The notes beneath the pieces are model-generated. The model did no database searches and was not told the DNA's origin. It saw only the letters and a program-made list of their open reading frames with translations. The translations under genes were made by a program, and so were the position numbers. A stretch of DNA of 64,000 nucleotides from Octopus vulgaris (taxonomy: Eukaryota). This document shows, piece after piece, positions 55,269 to 64,000 of the stretch (the first letter of the stretch is position 1; every line of letters begins with the position of its first letter). Location of the stretch: NCBI GenBank assembly GCA_951406725.2, contig OX597824.1:868001-932000 (forward strand), read 5' to 3'.

Positions 55269-56047
55269 TTAATTCCAGCCATATGTATGGTCCAATAAGA
55301 TATCTTTCAGAAAAACCTTATGTGAGTGTGTCACAAACGGGGTGCCTTCATATTATTTCAACAGCTATCGGAATGCCTTCAACTTGAAATACCCAAGACC
55401 TTTACATAAAAGAGAGTTACTGCAGTTTCCCACGATTCATTTACTACTAATCTCCGTAACTGCTCTGCGGAAACTAACTGTAGATGGGTTTGTGACATTG
55501 ACAATTGAGACACGAGACAAATGCTGATTGAATTGGTTAGGGGTTGTTGTATCGGTGATGTTGATATTGCTGTCGCTGCTGCTGTTGATGATGATGATGA
55601 TGATGATAATGATGCCGATAATGATGATAATAATGATAACGACGACGATGGTGACGATGATTATGATGATGGTGGTGGTGTCGTCGAGAAAGCAACGATG
55701 GTGATTAATATCGTGTTGATGAGAGGGAGGCTGTAAAAGCGACAGTATTTATCATGAGCAGCATCTGCGGTGTCACTGCCAACCACCCCCACTACCATCA
55801 TCATCATCAACAATAACTGCAGTAAACTCAACAACAGTTATAATATTTAAGAGCAGCTACAGCAAAACAACAAAACCCAATCTGTCATAAACAGCGACAG
55901 AGGAATGTACAAAACATGTATTTGTGTAGCACAATATTTCGAGTCATTATTATCTTTATCGTCCCTCCACGATATTTCTTTCTGTTCCTTCTTCCACCTC
56001 CTCCTCCTCCTGCTGTTGAAAGAATAAAATGTGCGGGGTTTTAATTA

Positions 56048-56280
56048 GGCGGCGAGCTGACAGAAACGTTAGCACGCGGGGTAAAAATCCTTGGCGGTAT
56101 TTCGTCTGCCGTTACGTTCTGAATTCAAATTCCGCCGAGGTCGACTTTGTCTTTCAACCTTTCGGGGTCGATTAAATAAGTACCAGTTACGCACTGGAGT
56201 CGATGTAATCGACTTAATCCCTTTGTCTGTCCTTATTTGTCTCCTCTATGTTTATTCCCCTGTGGGAAATGAAACAAATT
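56048..56280 (+). mobile_element. Full-length SINE family A variant
   Basis: ggcggcgagctgacagaaacgttagc head, gaattcaaattccgccgaggtcgac, 3' part shared with 52424. Confidence 0.85.
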
Positions 56281-56684
56281 AGACACCGCGAAACATTTAA
56301 TCCAGCATTCTACCATCTACCACCACCACCACCACCACCACCAAAAGTTGTCTTATCCCGAATCTGCACTGGCATTTAATAATTGTTTGTAGCATAGGCC
56401 AGCAATTTTCAGTGGAGGGAATTAGTCGATACCGTCAGCCCAAGAACTTGAATGATGATGATGATGATGATGCTTTCAAATTTTGTCACAAATCCCGCAA
56501 TTTTGGGGGAGGGGATAAGTTGATTACATCGACCTCAGTGTTCAACTGGTACTTATTTCATCGACCCCGAAAGGGATGTAACGCAAAAGAAATTTCAGTA
56601 GATTTCGAACCCAGAACGTAAAGACGTCCGAAATACCGCTAAGCATTTTGCTCGGCGCCATAATGTTTTTGCCTGCTCACTGCT

Positions 56685-56749
<65 letters not shown>

Positions 56750-56967
56750 CCTTTCTACTATCGGCACAAGGCCTGAAATTTGGGTGGGGGGGAAGGGAGT
56801 CAGTCGATTAGATCAACCACAATATTCAACTGGCACTTAATTTATCGACCCTCAAAGGAAAAAAAGCAAAGTTGACCTCGGTGGAATTTGAACTCAGAAC
56901 GTAGCGGCAGACGAAATATAGCTAAGCCTTTCTCCCGGCGTGCTAACGTTTCTGCCAACTCACCGCC
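56750..56967 (-). mobile_element. Full-length SINE family A with an (ATT)n tail (56687-56749)
   Basis: Reverse complement of the family A body. Confidence 0.85.
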
Positions 56968-56973
56968 ATAATG

Positions 56974-57058
<85 letters not shown>

Positions 57059-57061
<3 letters not shown>

Positions 57062-57762
57062 AAAACATGTAATGAAAAGAAATATAACAAGTAACTGCAG
57101 AATATGTGGAGATGGACAAGAAACAATAAATCATATTATCTCTAGCTGCCCAGTCCTGGCTAAGAAGGAATATATTCACAGACATGACAGAGTTGGAACC
57201 TACATACACTGGAAGCTATGCCAACATTATGGAATAACAACAGAAAAAAGATGGTATAGGCACACACCAGAAAAGGTCACAGAAAACGAGAAAGCAACCA
57301 TACTCTGGGATATGCCGATACACACAGATAGAGAAATTAAGGCCAACAGGCCAGATATAGTTGTCAGCGATCATGAAGAAAAAAAATGCTTTCTAATTGA
57401 TGTATCAATACCGGCTGATGACAACGTGTCTCTAAAAGAAATGGAGAAACTCTCAAAATACAAAGACCTGGAAATAGAGGTAACTAGAATGTGGAATCTG
57501 AAAACAGAAACAATTCCTATCATAGTAGGTGCATTAGGCATGATAAAAAAATATTCAGACAAATACATAACAAAAACACCAGGACTTACAAACACATATA
57601 ACATACAAAAAAATTGCACTACTAGGCACTGCACACATCCTACGCAGAACACTTTCCATACAATAACATCAGAGCATCACAACAAATCACAGCACATACC
57701 CAAGGCACACAGAGCTGCGCTCGGTAGGGAAGTGAAAGCACGCTATAAAAATAAAACTACAG
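57059..57762 (+). mobile_element. 5'-truncated R4/Dong-type retrotransposon (CCHC knuckle plus PD-(D/E)xK endonuclease), well preserved, (AAT)n tail
   Basis: CRICGDGQETINHIISSCPVLAKKEYIHRHD...ILWDMPIHTDREIKANRPDIVV...KCFLIDVSIP...KEMEKLSKY; one frameshift in the A-run near 57610 before IALLGTAHILRRTL. Confidence 0.92.
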
Positions 57763-57777
57763 AATAATAATAATAAC

Positions 57778-57813
<36 letters not shown>

Positions 57814-58000
57814 CCTTTCTATTATAGGCACAAGTCCTGAAATTTGGGGGCGAGGACTAGTCGATTACATCGACTCCAGTGTTTTACTGGTACTTAATTT
57901 ATCAACTTCGAAAGGATGAAAGCAAAGTCAACCTCAGCGGAGTTTGGACTCAGAACGTAGCGCCAGACGAAATATTGTTAAGCATTCTGACAGCTCGTCT
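57814..58000 (-). mobile_element. SINE family A
   Basis: cctttctattataggcacaag...gaaagcaaagtcaacctcagcggagtttggactcagaacgtagcg. Confidence 0.75.
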
Positions 58001-58036
58001 CTTTGATAGTGATGATGATGATGATGATGATGATGA

Positions 58037-58081
<45 letters not shown>

Positions 58082-58084
58082 TGG

Positions 58085-58128
<44 letters not shown>

Positions 58129-58904
58129 GTTTCAAATTTTGGTATAAGGCCGGTAATTTCAGAGAAGAGATTTAGTCCAATACATGGAACCTGGTATATA
58201 ACTGGTACTTTATTTCATTGACCCCGAAAAGATGTAGGGCAATTTCGGTGGTATTCGAACTCTGAGCGTAAAGTACCATAATTAAATATTACAAACCAAT
58301 TATCCTAATGACGTAACGATGCAAGCAATCTAATTTGATCTGTTTAGATTTGGAGCAACGTCAGGCATTTTGCTTTTATCGAACCCAGGAGGGTTTGACT
58401 GGTACTTCAGAGTATCGATCGCACAAGGATGAAAAGCTTATTTGCTGTCGGCGGGAATTGAACACAGAACGGAAGGGTCTTAGCCTTTATTCAATCGCAC
58501 TACTTATTTTGACACAAAAGAAAACAATATCAAACAGAAATCCCGCAATAATTGGCAAAAAACAAAGCAAAACAAAAACAAATCACCAAAAAAGAAGAAA
58601 CAAGGAAAATAATTAAGCAAGTAAGGTGGGGTGAGGGGAAGAGGGACGGGAGGGAGAGTAAGAGGAAATGCGAGGGAAGCAACAACAACAGCAACAAGTA
58701 TCACCGTCAGAGAGAAAAGAAGAGGGAAGAGCAAAAGATGAGGAAGAAAAGAGGATGACGACGACGACAACGACGACGACGACGACGATGGTGAGGGTAA
58801 TTCTGATGATGATGACAATGATGATTATGATGGTGATGGGGATTCAGAAAACGAATTTTGTTTGTGTATATAAATAAATATGTATGTGTATATCTATTAC
58901 ATAT

Positions 58905-58935
<31 letters not shown>

Positions 58936-59017
58936 ATAACATATATATATACGTAAATATATTTATCATACATATATTATATATATATATATATGTATGT
59001 GTGTCTGTATGTATACG

Positions 59018-59063
<46 letters not shown>

Positions 59064-59166
59064 CATACATACATACATATATATATATATATGTATGTAT
59101 GTATGTATATATATATATATATACATACATACATATTTATATATATATATATACACATATCTATAC

Positions 59167-59239
<73 letters not shown>

Positions 59240-59548
59240 ATAATATGATATCTATGTATCTGTGTGTGTGTGTCTGAGTGTATCCATACATACATACAAA
59301 AAAATTTCACGCCCTGTAACAAAATGAAATAAATAGACAAATGGAAGAATAAAGACGTTTCGCTCGACGTCTTGTGTTCTTCTGTTCTTTAACTTTTCTG
59401 TTTGGATATTTTATGCTTTATGCTGATCACGGTGCCAAACTTGCCAAACTTCCGCTGTTTTACAATCTGCCGTTTTTCTTAGACCACGAAAGATCAGGAA
59501 TTCAAATAGATGTTAAACGCGATGCGAAGATTTTACAGATTAGACTAC

Positions 59549-59651
59549 GTATGTATGTATGTATGTATGTATGTTTGTATGTATGTATGTATGTATGTAT
59601 GTATGTATGTATGTATGCATGTATGTATGTGTGTATGTATGTATGCATGTA

Positions 59652-59682
<31 letters not shown>

Positions 59683-59774
59683 ATTATGTATGTATGTATG
59701 TATGTATGCATGTATGTATGTATGTATGTATGTATGTATGTATGTATGTATGTATGTATGTATGTATGCATGTA

Positions 59775-59805
<31 letters not shown>

Positions 59806-59880
59806 ATGTATGTGTGTATGTATGTATGTATGTATGTATGTATGTATGTATGTATGTATGTATGTATGTGTGTATGTATG
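59549..59880. repeat. Long imperfect (TGTA)n microsatellite
   Basis: Seen directly. Confidence 0.97.
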
Positions 59881-59970
59881 CATCTATGTGTGTGTGAATC
59901 AGTATATATATATATATATACACAAACACACTTATGATTACATACTTGTTATACATTTAGAATATATACA

Positions 59971-60017
<47 letters not shown>

Positions 60018-60983
60018 GTCCGTGCGCATACGTGGATGTAGGCATATAATAAATGTTATTTAAAATATCTGCCACAGAAATACAACCTATTCCCGACTGT
60101 TTGTTGATGAAGATAACATTTTCCAGAAGAATAATCAATAAATCTACGAATCTAAAAGCATTTACATTAACAACATAAGTATTCTTACAAAACACACAAA
60201 AACATAAAAGATATGGAGAGGCTTCGCAGCTGAAACGCATGAAGAAACCATCCAATTCTCTAAGCTACAGGATATCGTAAGCCTGGCCATTTTCTTTATG
60301 GTATGTCAGTTTTGGAGAATACTTGATTCTTACGATTATCTTCCCCTCTCATGCTAACTGGTCTTAATTGTAATTTGTTAATCATGATGAATTCTCTAGA
60401 GGCGAACAGAATTTTAATAAACGAAAAATTTATGTTGCATGGCGTTCGACATACCCATTTGTCTATGTTCAAGTATTTGCCACTCTCTTTTTTTTCCTTC
60501 ATTTTTATTTGAATTATGCGAATTACGTAGGTCACCAGTGTCTTCTCCTTTTCTGCTTTTATATGTCTAAATCCCTCTGCTACTGGACATAAGATCGGAC
60601 AAATGCTGTGCTGATCAGAGCTATCGAGTCGAAAGCGCGTGTCCATGCCTGTCCTCTAATCTCCAGTCAATAAACTTGGTCGTCTATTTACGGCAGGCTT
60701 TTAGGAGAATTGACAGCAAGAAGAGCCAAACTATTACGTTGTAAGCCATTGGCATCGTGTATAACAAGAGGTGGCCATTGAAAGAGTCGGTCAGGTGCAA
60801 CGAGAGTCCTGATGAGTAGAGTAAATCAAAATCTGAAGACTAGACACTCCAGAGGCAACTCAAATGGTCTGTAAAGGAGTATAACCGTGAGACAAATTAG
60901 AGGGATGCAGCATAATACTAAGAGGTATCTATGTATGTATGTATATATATACATACACACACAGATATATACTTACGAAGACG

Positions 60984-61015
<32 letters not shown>

Positions 61016-62043
61016 GTGTGTGTGAGTGAGTGCGTATTTACATGTATATGTGTATACGTATTAGCTACATAAACGTCAGTGCAGTCGAGGGCAGAAGAAC
61101 CGTTACTATTATTATAAGTCAGGTGATGGAAAGAGAGAGCGAGCGATTGTCGGATCGCGTGCCTCACCTTTTGGTCGCTATCAACACAACTATCAAGGAT
61201 ACACCAAGAGAAGACCAGTCCCCGAGGTGGGGGCCAGACACGACCGAATGGAGCCGGTGCGCTGTGAAGCCCTCGAAAGGAATGAGGGTCCTGATGACTG
61301 CGCTTGCAAAAGCATGCTCTTTCTAAACGTCTACATCTATGTCAATATAGGTTAAACAATATGATGCATACACACGCACACACACATGCACGCACGCGCA
61401 CACACACATACACACACATGTACAGACACACATATATACACACATGCAGACACACATACACACATAGACACAGACACATACATTCATCCACACGCATTTT
61501 CTTATTTGTGCATGTTTGTGTATATTTATGTGTATGTATATATATTGAGATGTGTGTGTTCAAGCATACGTGTGAGTGTATTTGTGCGTTTGTGCATGTG
61601 TGTGTGCGTTTGTGTATGTGTGCGTGCGTTTCCTTTCTGTATGCGCGTGCATACGCATATGGGAGCCATCTTTCATTGGAGTCTTGTGTCGCTAATGAAG
61701 ATGCTGATGCATATTATAGTAGACATGAACGACACGGTGTCGGATCAAATGATGATGCTGACGACATCAATGCTAGTGGTGGTGGTCATGGTGGAACAAG
61801 GATTAGGATAAGATATGTTAGGTTTGTAGAAAAAGAAAGCGAACAGAAGAATGTGGAGCAATCTGTGTCGAAATGAGAAAGATACGGAATTCTGGTTTTT
61901 CTAAAAATTAGAGAAACACAAATTTTGGCGTAATTGGATATTTGTTGGGACAATAATTATACCAAAACGTGCGCACGCACTTGCAGGCAGAGGAACGCAT
62001 CCACTCATACACATGTATGTGTTACGTATGCATGATGCGTGCA

Positions 62044-62045
<2 letters not shown>

Positions 62046-62130
<85 letters not shown>

Positions 62131-62133
62131 TTT

Positions 62134-62170
<37 letters not shown>

Positions 62171-62173
62171 TTT

Positions 62174-62210
<37 letters not shown>

Positions 62211-62236
62211 ACACACACACATATATATACATACAT

Positions 62237-62275
<39 letters not shown>

Positions 62276-62280
62276 CATGT
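62046..62280. repeat. Compound (TCTA)n/(CA)n/(TA)n microsatellite
   Basis: Seen directly. Confidence 0.95.
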
Positions 62281-62687
62281 CTGTATGAGTTAGAGATTAA
62301 GTAACCATCTAAGGGATATTAAATATCCAATATACCAATATACCAATATACCAATATACTACTGGATGTATACCTACGCATTTATAACCAAGTGCTTTCT
62401 ATTGCAGAGCAATATTGCAATCGAGTACTAGGCATGGGTTTGGGGTAAATTAGGATTTTACCCAGGATTTAGAAGGCAAATAAGAAAATGGAGAGGATAA
62501 AGCATCGACAAAGATCAGCCTGCAAACATCTATTGATTGTAATTAATTAATAAGTAGATATAATTGAATGTTTACAGGCTGATGATTGTCGATTGTTTAT
62601 CCTCTCCATTTATAGATAAGTATACATGTATATATGTGTGTGTGTATACATTTTTTGTGTGTATCTCTGTATCTATCTGTATGTATA

Positions 62688-62732
<45 letters not shown>

Positions 62733-63024
62733 ATCTATATATCTCTCTCTCTATATATATATTGCGTGGAGAAGAAGAGTTAGATAAGTGATGAGAAGAG
62801 AGGAGAGAGAGAGAGAGAGAGTTGGAGAGAGAGTGAGTAATACTGTAATCTGTATAACCGTTCTATTAAATATTGCGCCATGTATCCTTCACATAAAACC
62901 ATATTTGAGTTGGTTCCAAACATAACCCATTAATACTACATATATATTACACTTGATTCTTGCCATGAACTCCATCGCATTTGATGACGATTATCTGTGT
63001 TTATTATCATCATCATCATCATCA

Positions 63025-63061
<37 letters not shown>

Positions 63062-63224
63062 GATCAGCTGTGAGTTTTTATTATTAGTTACACTAATAAG
63101 ACTCATACATCAAGATATATCATTAATGAGTTGAGTTTAAGAGGAAGCTCGAAATTATGATTATCTCTTCGGCATCGTAGATGCTGTTGCTGCAATGTTA
63201 TGATGTCTCCTTTCTACCTTCTCT

Positions 63225-63261
<37 letters not shown>

Positions 63262-63476
63262 TTCTTATATTCCTTCATTTAACATTTGATCTGCGGCCAT
63301 GCTGTAGCACGAAGTTCAAGTGTTTTAGTCGAGCAAATAGTCCCGAGTACCTATTTTAAGTCTTGTACTAATTATATCGGCCTTGTTTCTCGGTGTGCTA
63401 AGTCACGGGGAAGCAAACAAATCAAAATATCCTGTCAAATCGCGTGGAACAAGCACAAAGTCATGTGACCTCTCCC

Positions 63477-63532
<56 letters not shown>

Positions 63533-64000
63533 CGCACATGGTAAAAAATTGTGGGGAAGTAGGAATTTCACTCGTCTATATAAATTCGGATATGCTAACT
63601 GCCTTGTGTGATGTTCTGATGGCGCTTGGTCAGAAATGCAAAGGGTACATTTTCTAGCATTTTCTAATTTATAATTTATCGGAATATTATGTTGATAAAG
63701 GAAATGAGTTTTATAATTCTAATCCAGAAACGCGTCCATAATTAACCGAAGACTGTTTGATTTCATTATCTTCCTTCTTTTTTGCCTGTGAGTTACAGAG
63801 GGTGTTATCTATGGAGTCATATTTTGGCTGCTATTTATAAGTTTTTCGGTATGTGGTTAAACCCTTACTTATTGTTAAAATATATACATACATATATATA
63901 TGCTGTTTGCATATATGCAACTCTGCAACACCTTATTTGCTTGCAGATCCTCATCATCAAATATAGAAAAAAATCAACCATAAGAGATGCTGCAGGAAAA

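Noticed and set aside
56940-57767. 275-aa ORF as a host gene
   Set aside because: It is SINE plus microsatellite read-through into a truncated retrotransposon endonuclease region
59350-60245. Further hammerhead-like remnants (minus strand ~59352-59390; plus strand ~60213-60240)
   Set aside because: Cores are too degenerate to call, although GAAACG and part of stem II remain
63941-64000. ttgcAG acceptor-like site as the next receptor exon
   Set aside because: In the required phase 1 it reads GAT CCT CAT CAT CAA ATA TAG (stop), with no receptor motif

Overview
Eukaryotic, AT-rich, microsatellite-dense DNA. The repeat content (tRNA-headed SINE families; (TA)n, (TGTA)n, (TCTA)n, (CA)n and (AAT)n arrays; R4/Dong-type, RTE, CR1 and Penelope retroelements) looks like an octopod cephalopod genome, but that is inference. 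I found one host coding exon: a 366-nt phase-1/phase-1 internal exon at 53470-53835 (+) encoding TM3-TM5 of a cholecystokinin/sulfakinin-type class A GPCR. I found no other exon of the gene, so most of the window is probably giant intron. Almost all other entries in the ORF track are microsatellite artefacts or transposon remnants. Main points of interest: (1) about a dozen minimal hammerhead-ribozyme-like motifs in short Penelope-type modules inside (TA)n tracts, several built into inverted repeats or near-perfect palindromes, including a group with a non-canonical CUGUNGA core; (2) the symmetric GPCR exon is bracketed by an inverted SINE pair and would form a stop-free circle if back-spliced; (3) two inverted copies of an RLE-LINE 15 kb apart share a sharply bounded, nearly identical tract, suggesting gene conversion; (4) retroelement families appear to partition among different microsatellites. 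All alignments and counts were done by eye, and repeat boundaries are approximate.
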